Shown: positions 49,380-57,046 of the stretch, one piece after another | Layout: each line of letters opens with the position of its first letter | Position numbering within the stretch: the first letter of the stretch is position 1 | Virus record (IMG/VR): IMGVR_UViG_3300025732_000016 | DNA length: 64,000 nucleotides | Origin: a virus | Taxonomy: Duplodnaviria; Caudoviricetes | Reading direction: 5' to 3' (one strand) | Notes under the pieces: generated by a model | Databases searched by the model: none | Told to the model about the DNA's origin: nothing | Seen by the model: the letters and a program-made list of their open reading frames with translations, nothing else | Position numbers and translations under genes: made by a program

Positions 49380-51689
49380 CTAAGACTGCTCATCCAGCTC
49401 AGGGACTCTCTCAAGGAGGAACTTATACCGCTTCCCAGTCTTGTTGAACCTGATCGAGAGGAAGTCTGGCTCTTCTATCAGAGTGTAGTCTCCCCTCTCA
49501 TTTCTGAGATGAAGATCGCCGGTGTAGATGTTAGCCCAGCGAGCAGTTGAGCTTCCAAGGTCCAGCGTTCTGTCACCGCTCGGTAGTATCGTTGTGCTCA
49601 CCTTCGCATTTGCGAACGATACTTGATCAGTGTTGATGTCATTTCCGAATGTGGTGTTTCCATTGACGACGAGACTGCTGTTGACAGTGGTGGTTCCAGA
49701 CGCGTTTCCAATTGTCAGAGTTGTTGCAGCTCCAGCAAAGTTCACAGTCGTAGCGACAGTATTGAAGACGCTCTGCGTTGTCTGGTTACCGACTAATGTC
49801 CCACCCTGAATCGTTGTTGTTCCGCCATTTGCTCCGATTATGACTGATGAACCGCTCAGCGTGAGTTCCTGTGCAACCGATGTGTCTCCTGCTGCGATCC
49901 TGAGTCCAGCACCTGCGCCAATTGTACCGCTTACTACACCGATGGGCACACCATGTCTCTCGAGCTGGAAACCATTGTTTCCAGCATTCAACCGTATGAG
50001 CGCACCGCTGATGACCAGGTTCTTGTTGCTAACAGCGCCGAACACCGCTGGGTTGCCAGCTCCGCCATCTTTGAAGTTGATGTACGAGAAGCCGTTGACT
50101 TGGAAGTCAACAATACCTCCGGTATTGGGGTTGAGCTCGATTGTGCTGCCCTTGGACGTGAGCTTTGATCCATCCGAAGAAGTTACGAAAGCTGTCGGTC
50201 CACCAAGCTCAAGCTTACCAGCCCTAAACGCCTGATAATCAACAACATTTATCGCGGCACCCACAGCGGCCGCTGTGGGTGTTGTATCAGTTCTCGCAAC
50301 CGTGAAGCCATCCGCGCTCTCATCCCAGAACATTGCAACGCTGTTCTCTCCGACGAGACCTCCTATGAAACCTCTATCGCTCAACGAGCCTGCAACCGAA
50401 CCAGAAGCAAAGCCCAGGCCTATCACTGGGTCCTGGATCTCCATCACTGTGGAGTCGATCGTTGTCGTTGTTCCGCTGATGTAGAGGTCACCCTTGACAA
50501 TCAGATTCTTGTTGACAGTCAGGTCATTGTTGACAGTTGTAGTTCCTGTGGCTGCACCGATATTGACAGTTGTTGCGGCACCTGCAACGCTGAGAGTCGT
50601 GACAGTCGTATTGAGAAGGTCAAAAGACGTTTGAGTGGAGGTGATCTTGTTTGTACCAGCGCCCGACGTGCCATTGACTGCGAGGCTTCCTGCCACCGTT
50701 GTCGTGTCAGAAACAGCATTTCCAAGTGTGGTGTTACCGTCAACTGTAAGATCATTGTTGATCGACGTTGTACCGGTGGCAGCTCCAATCTCAAGCGTAG
50801 TTGCAGCACCGGCAAAATTGACCGTGGTTGCAGACGTATTGACGAGATTGAAAGTGGTAGATGTCGTTGTTAGATCGCCGCCGTTGACTGCAAGATCATT
50901 CGAAGCTGAAACCACACCGACGAGAGTTGAAGTCCCACCCACAGTGAGGTTCGCACCGGCCTGCAGGTCACTGGAACCACTGATCACTCCGCCGTTGCTA
51001 ATAGAAGCGATAACCCCCGATGCAGTCTTGATGCTGAAGGACCCAGAGGTTATTACATTGCCACCGAATAAGGTGGCATTTGACCCAGCAGTGCCGACAC
51101 CTGCATTTGAACCAGAGAAGTAGAAGACGACGTCCGTGCCCTTGTCACTCGCAGCAGTGATGGTCTCGCCAGTCCTTGCGCCCGTGAATGCAACAGTTCC
51201 TGAGTTGTAGATGACTCCCGCTGCCGTCTCAGTGAAGAAGTTCGAGCCACCACCACCACCAGTCGAAGCAATCGTAACTGCACCGTTAGAGCCCGTTGTG
51301 ATCGTAACGTTGGTACCTGCAATGAGGTAGCTTGTTCCGTCTGCGAGCTTCGTGAGCGAACCGGTGAGACCAGCTGTCGTCGTCATTGCGCCGGATACGA
51401 CGAGTCCGTTCCTTGCAATGACTTGATCACCAATGTAGAGCGGTGATCCACCGAACAGTGTGCCGCTGATTACGACGTCACCGCCGAACACCGTTGTTCC
51501 TCTAACTGTGTAATCAGGGCTTGCAGCCGGAGAACCCGGAGAACGAGCCGCTATGTTACCTGAGACAAAGAATACTGCGTCTACGCCAGGCAGCGAAGGA
51601 TAAGTGGCATTGGGCCTGTTGGCAACAATGACCGATCCTGTGATTGCAACTATCGAGTTTGACCCCGATACGCTTCCAACTAACGCCAT
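49380..51689 (-). CDS. Tail fibre/fibre-like virion protein (769 aa)
   Basis: G/S/T/A/V-rich beta repeats; C-terminal LDLGSSTARWANIYTGDLHLRNERGDYTLIEE..L...NKTGKRYKF module typical of fibre proteins of large myophages. Confidence 0.8.
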   Translation of the reverse strand: MALVGSVSGSNSIVAITGSVIVANRPNATYPSLPGVDAVFFVSGNIAARSPGSPAASPDYTVRGTTVFGGDVVISGTLFGGSPLYIGDQVIARNGLVVSGAMTTTAGLTGSLTKLADGTSYLIAGTNVTITTGSNGAVTIASTGGGGGSNFFTETAAGVIYNSGTVAFTGARTGETITAASDKGTDVVFYFSGSNAGVGTAGSNATLFGGNVITSGSFSIKTASGVIASISNGGVISGSSDLQAGANLTVGGTSTLVGVVSASNDLAVNGGDLTTTSTTFNLVNTSATTVNFAGAATTLEIGAATGTTSINNDLTVDGNTTLGNAVSDTTTVAGSLAVNGTSGAGTNKITSTQTSFDLLNTTVTTLSVAGAATTVNIGAATGTTTVNNDLTVNKNLIVKGDLYISGTTTTIDSTVMEIQDPVIGLGFASGSVAGSLSDRGFIGGLVGENSVAMFWDESADGFTVARTDTTPTAAAVGAAINVVDYQAFRAGKLELGGPTAFVTSSDGSKLTSKGSTIELNPNTGGIVDFQVNGFSYINFKDGGAGNPAVFGAVSNKNLVISGALIRLNAGNNGFQLERHGVPIGVVSGTIGAGAGLRIAAGDTSVAQELTLSGSSVIIGANGGTTTIQGGTLVGNQTTQSVFNTVATTVNFAGAATTLTIGNASGTTTVNSSLVVNGNTTFGNDINTDQVSFANAKVSTTILPSGDRTLDLGSSTARWANIYTGDLHLRNERGDYTLIEEPDFLSIRFNKTGKRYKFLLERVPELDEQS
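49640..50870 (-). repeat. Three ~45-aa internal repeats in the tail fibre
   Basis: TTFNLVNTSATTVNFAGAATTLEIGAATGTTSINNDLTV / TSFDLLNTTVTTLSVAGAATTVNIGAATGTTTVNNDLTV / QSVFNTVATTVNFAGAATTLTIGNASGTTTVNSSLVV (coordinates approximate). Confidence 0.85.
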
Positions 51690-51717
51690 GTGATCTCTCC
51701 TTTACGAGTTTCAATGA

Positions 51718-51725
51718 TTATGTAT
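51718..51725 (-). promoter_or_regulatory. Putative late promoter motif ATACATAA followed by AAGGAG RBS
   Basis: Intergenic motif instance upstream of the 769-aa fibre. Confidence 0.45.
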
Positions 51726-51736
51726 ACGACTGCGAT

Positions 51737-52819
51737 CTAATCAAGAGGTTGAAGCATCATCTTGTAGCGCTTTCCTGTCTTGTTGTTGATGACGCAGAGA
51801 AACTCTTCTTCCTCAAGGATTGTCCAGTCTCCACGATCGTTCCGCAGGTGTAGGTCGCCCGTGTACACGTTCTGCCAGCGGAGTGCAGGAGTTCCAAGAT
51901 TGTAGGTGAAGTCGGAGTTGGGAGTGATTGAACCCTTCAAGCCAATCGATCCCGTGATCTGCATTGAGCCCGACATGAAGATGTTTGTTATGCCACCGGT
52001 ATCAGTCGTTCCAATCCTGATATTCGTTGTAACACCCGGGTCTGCCCCAAGACCGAAGTTCAAGTTCTTTGTGCTACCAACCGCGGTGGCACCACACGCG
52101 AGGTTCAAAGTAACGTTGCCAGTCCTCGCAGAAGCGACGGTGAACGTGTGTGAAGTGCTGCCCGCAGAGTTTCCTATTGAGATGCTAGAAGCTGCACTGC
52201 CCAGAGAAATTGTCGATGCATTAGTGGGAAAAACGGTGACTGTGCTAGCGTTAGTTAGGAAGTCACCGCCATTTACTGTGAGGTCACCTTCAATTGCGAG
52301 ATTACCATTTGACTGCGTGGCAGTGATAGTTGCGTTACCGCCTGAGTCCTTTAGAGTGATGCTACCTGAGTAGACGGTATTTCCGCCGAAGAGAGTAGAC
52401 TTGGTGCCGTCTCTTGAACCAGACACATAGAAGAAGACGTCCGCTCCCTTGTCACTTGGAGAGTCAACAGAGCTTTCACCACCTCGGAATGCTGCAGATC
52501 CAGTGGTGAAAATTGATCCGTTTGTCGTTGAATCGAAGAATTCGTCGACTGTTAGAGTGACACCGGTCAGAGTGCCCGAGATGTGAACGTCGCCACCAAA
52601 TGTAACCCTGTCACTGCCGCCAGTAGAGCCAGAGATGAAAAGCCACGTGTCTGAACCTGTACCCGCAAGTATGAGGTTGCCAGTGTCGACGGTGACCCCA
52701 TCGTTCCCAGCAGCCCCTGATCCGATGAGCAGAAGTCTCGGGTTTGTTGAGCTCCCCGATGCGATAAGCCTCTCTGCACGTATGCCAGAAGACTTGAAAT
52801 CTGGTGGTCTTGTAGCCAT
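51737..52819 (-). CDS. Tail fibre/fibre-like virion protein (360 aa), paralog of 49380-51689
   Basis: Shares the FF.....G.I..sG..AF.G.......SDKG.DV.FY.SGS module and the C-terminal YNLGTPALRWQNVYTGDLHLRNDRGDWTILEE...NNKTGKRYK module. Confidence 0.8.
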   Translation of the reverse strand: MATRPPDFKSSGIRAERLIASGSSTNPRLLLIGSGAAGNDGVTVDTGNLILAGTGSDTWLFISGSTGGSDRVTFGGDVHISGTLTGVTLTVDEFFDSTTNGSIFTTGSAAFRGGESSVDSPSDKGADVFFYVSGSRDGTKSTLFGGNTVYSGSITLKDSGGNATITATQSNGNLAIEGDLTVNGGDFLTNASTVTVFPTNASTISLGSAASSISIGNSAGSTSHTFTVASARTGNVTLNLACGATAVGSTKNLNFGLGADPGVTTNIRIGTTDTGGITNIFMSGSMQITGSIGLKGSITPNSDFTYNLGTPALRWQNVYTGDLHLRNDRGDWTILEEEEFLCVINNKTGKRYKMMLQPLD

Positions 52820-53064
52820 TAGCTTGTACTCGCAATGAGATATTCTGCAGTGCCGCCAGACGTATCAGACGTGATGACTAGAAAGATGTCATTTGTCTGC
52901 TTGTGAGGTGTGATAGACACGTTTGTGTGGGGAGTCATGACCACTCCGACGTTAATAGTAGAGTCTATTGCTGGATCTGTGGCAATCACTGATGACTGAT
53001 CCGCAGCCACTGACATGCTACCAAACTGTAGCACCACTTTGTTGGCTCCCAATTTCGCTCTCAT
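52819..53064 (-). CDS. Small beta-rich protein, probably fibre-associated
   Basis: 81-aa ORF coupled on both sides (ATGA and TAATG). Confidence 0.6.
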   Translation of the reverse strand: MRAKLGANKVVLQFGSMSVAADQSSVIATDPAIDSTINVGVVMTPHTNVSITPHKQTNDIFLVITSDTSGGTAEYLIASTS

Positions 53065-53375
53065 TCTGACACCACAATGATGGAAACTGACTCAGAAGTG
53101 GCAAAGCTCGCACCGACGGTGACTGTATCAGTCGTGATTGCCTTGATGAACACATTGAAGCTGTCATTTTGAGCTGTTGCAACGACGACGGGAACGCTGG
53201 AGTACGTGTGCTTGAAGTTATAGACAACCTCGTTGCTGCCTCCGAAATCTACCACGGCGCTTTCAAGGACGACAGCATCATCCGACTGGTAGGTGTACTT
53301 CGGCTCCTTTCTAAGAAATGGGTAGACTTTCGCGTAGCGATTGAGATCAATCTTACGAAAGACTGCTGTCGCCAT
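53061..53375 (-). CDS. Small fibre-associated protein, H-type-lectin/gp53-like beta domain
   Basis: VYNFKHTYSSVPVVVATAQ...VFIKAITTDTVTV...SIIVVS resembles the F...F...P.V......T...F.....w.aiG pattern; GAGGTG RBS. Confidence 0.55.
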   Translation of the reverse strand: MATAVFRKIDLNRYAKVYPFLRKEPKYTYQSDDAVVLESAVVDFGGSNEVVYNFKHTYSSVPVVVATAQNDSFNVFIKAITTDTVTVGASFATSESVSIIVVSE

Positions 53376-53391
53376 GAATCACCTCTTCGAG

Positions 53392-53399
53392 CTAAATAG
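53392..53399 (-). promoter_or_regulatory. Putative late promoter motif CTATTTAG
   Basis: Intergenic motif instance heading the fibre operon. Confidence 0.42.
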
Positions 53400-53411
53400 G
53401 AAGCTCAAAGC

Positions 53412-54725
53412 CTACAGTGATTGACTTGCCAACGTTGCGAGCGGAGATCTTTCACCACGATCGAGCCTGATGTGACCGAAAAGCTGAGAGCCCTTTAACC
53501 TCTCGATCGCGATTGTCAATCCGTTCGAGAACCTGTCGAGGTAGGGAGTGTCAACCTGCTCTGTGTCACCAAGCAGGACCATCTTAGTTCCCTCACCGCA
53601 CCTCGTCACGAGAGTCTTGATCTCGTGGATGGTGAGGTTCTGGGCCTCATCAACGATGATATAACAGTTGCTGAAGCTTCTTCCTCGAATGTAAGAAATG
53701 GGGCTCACTTCAATGATCCCGCGCTGTCTCATGGTCTCGAAATAGGTCGTGTCTCGGAAGGCATTGCGAAAGTTGTCAACGATGGGCATGAGCCACGGAG
53801 CCATCTTCTCATCGAGAGTCCCGGGCAGGTAGCCGAGATCTCTTCCCACGGGCTCGATAGATCTTGTGATGATGATTCGCTCATACTTCTTCGAGTTGAG
53901 ACCAGCCATTCCTGCCGTAAGAGCAAGGAATGTCTTTCCCGAACCAGCAAGGCCTGTCATTGCCACGAGGGGCACATCACCATCGTTCAGGAGGTGGATT
54001 GCCGCTTTCTGCTCCTTCGACCTGGGCGTTATTCCAATGGAGTCGACCTTTGCTTTTGGCTGGATGATCTTACCACCTTTCACCATTCCAATGAGGCTCT
54101 TCTGCGGATTCGTCTCTGAGACTCCCACCACGAGAGAGTTCTCACAGAGGCTCTCAGAGTTCACTGGAGTAACCCACCCATGCTGGTAATAGGATTCCAT
54201 GTCCTCATCACTCAGAGTCATCTGAGATTGGCCAGAGTACACAGGGTTACCTTCTCGAACTGCCTGTGGAACATCCCTGTAATAGTCCTCGGCAGTGATG
54301 CCAATTGCATCGGCCTTGAGCCGGAGGTTGATGTCTTTTGTGACGATGATGACCTGGTTGTCGGGCTTCGAGTGACGCAGCCAGGCAGCAACCCACAGGA
54401 GCTTGTGGTCGCCCTTCTTCAGGTCGAACTCCTTCGGAATGAGACCGTCCTCGATGTCAGACATCCCGTCGCTGACGACTCGGATGTTAACGTCGTTCTC
54501 TGGGAGGTGAATCCCATCGTGGAGACTTCCCTTCTTCCTCAAAGAGTCCAGGGACCTGTTCACTTCTCTCGCCGCGCTGCCGATGAGCTCTTTTCGATCC
54601 TTGAACCTATCGAGCTCCTCGAGAGCTATGAGCGGAATGACCACATCGTTGCCAGTGAATGCGAAGATGGAAGAAGAATCGTAAAGTAGGACGCTGGTGT
54701 CAATGACAAATGTCTTTCTGCTCAA
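53412..54725 (-). CDS. phoH: PIN-PhoH fusion protein (PhoH2/PhoL type)
   Basis: PIN: FVIDTSVLLYD, IALEELDRFK, TKDINLRLKADAIG. PhoH: TGLAGSGKTFLA, LGYLPG..DEKM.PW, YIRGRSF, DEAQN, GDTEQVD. TTG start at 54725 with GAGGG RBS (ORF track starts at 54836). Confidence 0.92.
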   Translation of the reverse strand: MSRKTFVIDTSVLLYDSSSIFAFTGNDVVIPLIALEELDRFKDRKELIGSAAREVNRSLDSLRKKGSLHDGIHLPENDVNIRVVSDGMSDIEDGLIPKEFDLKKGDHKLLWVAAWLRHSKPDNQVIIVTKDINLRLKADAIGITAEDYYRDVPQAVREGNPVYSGQSQMTLSDEDMESYYQHGWVTPVNSESLCENSLVVGVSETNPQKSLIGMVKGGKIIQPKAKVDSIGITPRSKEQKAAIHLLNDGDVPLVAMTGLAGSGKTFLALTAGMAGLNSKKYERIIITRSIEPVGRDLGYLPGTLDEKMAPWLMPIVDNFRNAFRDTTYFETMRQRGIIEVSPISYIRGRSFSNCYIIVDEAQNLTIHEIKTLVTRCGEGTKMVLLGDTEQVDTPYLDRFSNGLTIAIERLKGSQLFGHIRLDRGERSPLATLASQSL

Positions 54726-54750
54726 GTTATTGTCCCTCAGACAAGTTTCT

Positions 54751-54758
54751 ATACATAC
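54751..54758 (+). promoter_or_regulatory. Putative promoter motif ATACATAC on the plus strand upstream of the only plus-strand gene
   Basis: Same motif as the minus-strand instances, inverted together with its gene. Confidence 0.4.
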
Positions 54759-54782
54759 TTCTGACTTTCGTAACCTTCTCTT

Positions 54783-55058
54783 ATGGCAAGAGAGAAACTT
54801 GAAGTCGTTCCCCACACTACCTGCTTTGCAGAGCACGAGAAGAGGTCACTCTCCTGTGAGAAGTCTTCCTGCCGAATGTGGGTAAAGGATGGTTCCTCGC
54901 TGAACTGCTGCCTCATAAAAGCGCGTGAGCCCCACACTCTCCAAGAGATCGGTGATCTCTTTGGCGTTACCCGCATGCGGATATGCCAACTAGAGAAGTC
55001 GATACTCCGGAAAGTGGAGGCTGCTAACGATCTGACTGAGCTCAACCCTTGCGCTTAG
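54783..55058 (+). CDS. Cys/His-rich (Zn-binding) protein with sigma-70 region 4 HTH
   Basis: HTLQEIGDLFGVTRMRICQLEKSILRKV is a sigma70_r4 signature; N-terminal C..H....C....C...LNCC. Confidence 0.85.
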   Translation: MAREKLEVVPHTTCFAEHEKRSLSCEKSSCRMWVKDGSSLNCCLIKAREPHTLQEIGDLFGVTRMRICQLEKSILRKVEAANDLTELNPCA

Positions 55059-55440
55059 ATGCCTTCGCGACAGGAGCTGCGGCAACAGGAGATTCCACCT
55101 CTACGGCGGGCTCCTGCGCTGGGGACTCAGGAGATGGCTCTGGAGTAACCACTGCGGGCTCAACCACAACCGGCTCCTCGATGAGTGCCGCAGCCGCAGC
55201 TGGAGGTTCAGAAGTGATGGCAGCAGGAGTCTCCTCAACCTGCTCTTCTCTGACGGGAAGAGCAACCCCAGCAACCCCAGCAACCTCAGTCTGAGTCTCA
55301 GTATGGGTCACGGGTGCATCTTCTGTCTGAGGCACCCAACCACGCGGTCGAGAAGGCTCAACAGGGTGAGACGGGGCAACCCCACGCGGCCGTGGCGCGG
55401 GTGGCTCAACAAGAGGAGCTACCCCACGGGGCAGTGACAT
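55042..55440 (-). CDS. Low-complexity P/A/E/V-rich, likely disordered protein with three PRG(V/W)(A/V)P repeats
   Basis: LPRGVAP...RPRGVAP...RPRGWVP, acidic middle, basic end AKASKRKG; DNA-level duplication at 55340-55410. Confidence 0.6.
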   Translation of the reverse strand: MSLPRGVAPLVEPPAPRPRGVAPSHPVEPSRPRGWVPQTEDAPVTHTETQTEVAGVAGVALPVREEQVEETPAAITSEPPAAAAALIEEPVVVEPAVVTPEPSPESPAQEPAVEVESPVAAAPVAKASKRKG

Positions 55441-55646
55441 TACTCTACCTTCTCTGACTTCCGAGACTTCTCAGTCTCAACAGTCACCTTTGTGAGCGCT
55501 GCAGCTCTCGCCTTCAGGGTACGAAGTCCCTTGCGAGCCCTGACTCCTGCCGATGCATTTCCAGCAGCGTTCTTACGAACATCGAGGTCAATGCCCTCAA
55601 CGATTCCCCGAATCTCGGTCCAAATCTCCAGGATCGAATTCTCCAC
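55440..55646 (-). CDS. Histone H1-like protein, Hc1 family
   Basis: KNAAGNASAGVRARKGLRTLK matches the GNKAAGxRARK core of Hc1; GTG start with AAGGAG RBS. Confidence 0.75.
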   Translation of the reverse strand: MENSILEIWTEIRGIVEGIDLDVRKNAAGNASAGVRARKGLRTLKARAAALTKVTVETEKSRKSEKVE

Positions 55647-55866
55647 TTGCTTTTTCTCCTTCGGGAGCGATGAGCTCCTCTTTGTTGATGATGTGAGGCT
55701 TGATGACCTCTAGTACCGAGAGCATCGCTTCTCGGTTCTCTAACTCCAGGCTGAGAAGCTCAATGAGCTTCATTCTCTGGTAGTCAGTGACTCCAAAATC
55801 GTTTATTCTCTGATTGATCTCGCGGCATGTCTGAATCTGCCTGAGCCAATCTGTGTCGATTGACAT
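55597..55866 (-). CDS. Hypothetical protein (89 aa)
   Basis: Coupled by TAATG upstream; plausible composition. Confidence 0.6.
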   Translation of the reverse strand: MSIDTDWLRQIQTCREINQRINDFGVTDYQRMKLIELLSLELENREAMLSVLEVIKPHIINKEELIAPEGEKASGEFDPGDLDRDSGNR

Positions 55867-56333
55867 TAGAATGTCTCCGTCATGTCGTATGACTCGATCT
55901 TGAACTTATTCGAGCCCTCAAAAGTGAGAGTCTTTCCCTTCACTTTACCATCCTCTGACTGCCTCGTCAAGACTATTCTCTCACCCCATCTCTGGTTTGA
56001 GTAGATGAAGTGAGCTTGTTCCCAAGTAGCTATGTCACACTCATAGCTTGCAAGAACATTAGAGAGCTCTGTGGGGATCATAAGCGAGATGTCTTTGACA
56101 GTGATTATCGACGATGATTTTTCTTTCGTAGTGATCTCAGACTTGCAAAAGTCAATGACAGAATGGATCACTCCGCAATTCGTACACTCAGCGTCCTTTG
56201 GTATTACGTTACCACCATCGTCCAACACCGAGAACACTACGAACGAGTGATACACAGGATTGGGCAACCTCCTTAAAGTAGGGAGGACGCAATGGCACTG
56301 CACGAGATGCTTGATCCCTTCCATTCTGCTCAC
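55866..56333 (-). CDS. Hypothetical protein with CXC/CXXC (possible Zn ribbon)
   Basis: HLVQCHCVLP, AECTNCGVIH, FC; GTGA overlap with the upstream gene. Confidence 0.7.
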   Translation of the reverse strand: MSRMEGIKHLVQCHCVLPTLRRLPNPVYHSFVVFSVLDDGGNVIPKDAECTNCGVIHSVIDFCKSEITTKEKSSSIITVKDISLMIPTELSNVLASYECDIATWEQAHFIYSNQRWGERIVLTRQSEDGKVKGKTLTFEGSNKFKIESYDMTETF

Positions 56334-56551
56334 TTACGAAAAAATTTCTGAACCTGTCCCCAAAGCGACGGGTAAGCGTTGTTCGCAGACTGCTCAATGC
56401 TTAGCTGCACAGCTGCAACAATCTTCTGCGTCACTCTATCATCGATCCCTTCTTGACGACAAATCGTGATAATGTTGTTAGAAGTCGTGTCCTTCACTGC
56501 ACCGAAAACATTGAAGTACTGTCTTCCAAAATCAGCTTCATTCATGTACAC
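56330..56551 (-). CDS. Hypothetical protein (73 aa)
   Basis: GAGGTG RBS; coupled to the downstream gene. Confidence 0.6.
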   Translation of the reverse strand: MYMNEADFGRQYFNVFGAVKDTTSNNIITICRQEGIDDRVTQKIVAAVQLSIEQSANNAYPSLWGQVQKFFRK

Positions 56552-56590
56552 CTCATGTTGTATCGAATCATCAAGAGCGATAGTGTAAAC

Positions 56591-57046
56591 TTACCTTGCA
56601 CTCTTATCAGCCAGTGTTGAAGATACCCAAGAGTTAGGCTTCACCTGGCACTTGAAGCCGTAGGCTCCCACCATTGCAGTGAGCTCTTTTACGTACTTCG
56701 AAGACTTGTGGACGGCAGTGTTGAGATCGAGGTGAACCTCTGGGTCCCTTCCAAACTCATCTCGAATTTCGCTTGCAACTGTGAGAGATCTAACAGCCTC
56801 CTCAGTAAGCCGCTGGTGTAGGTGGCGAAAATCAGACTTTTGCGCCTGGTCCCTGACGTAGAAGAACCTGCCTCCCTTGCCCGGGTAGTACACTGCAATC
56901 ACTGTCGCAAACACCCACTGTCCACCGAGCATGTGTGAGTCTGATCCAACGAAGATCTGGACTTCCTTGTCACGAATGAGAGACTCGAGCTCTTCTGTTT
57001 TTGCCGTCTCTCCGCTTGGCCACTTCCACTTTCTTGTCGATAACAA
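56591..57046 (-). CDS. RNase H-like YkuK (DUF458) family protein
   Basis: IFVGSDSH, FATVIAVY..GKGGRFFY, RLTEEAVRS, EVHLDLN, VKPNSWVSSTLAD. Confidence 0.85.
   Translation of the reverse strand: MLSTRKWKWPSGETAKTEELESLIRDKEVQIFVGSDSHMLGGQWVFATVIAVYYPGKGGRFFYVRDQAQKSDFRHLHQRLTEEAVRSLTVASEIRDEFGRDPEVHLDLNTAVHKSSKYVKELTAMVGAYGFKCQVKPNSWVSSTLADKSAR

Noticed and set aside
49380-52819. Possible diversity-generating retroelement or invertible fibre cassette
   Set aside because: The paralogous C-termini differ at synonymous sites rather than only at adenines; no reverse transcriptase, invertase or flanking inverted repeats seen.
54749-55045. 98-aa minus-strand ORF that would keep the strand uniform
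   Set aside because: The opposite-strand ORF 54783-55058 carries a clear sigma70 r4 motif; this one has no recognisable features.
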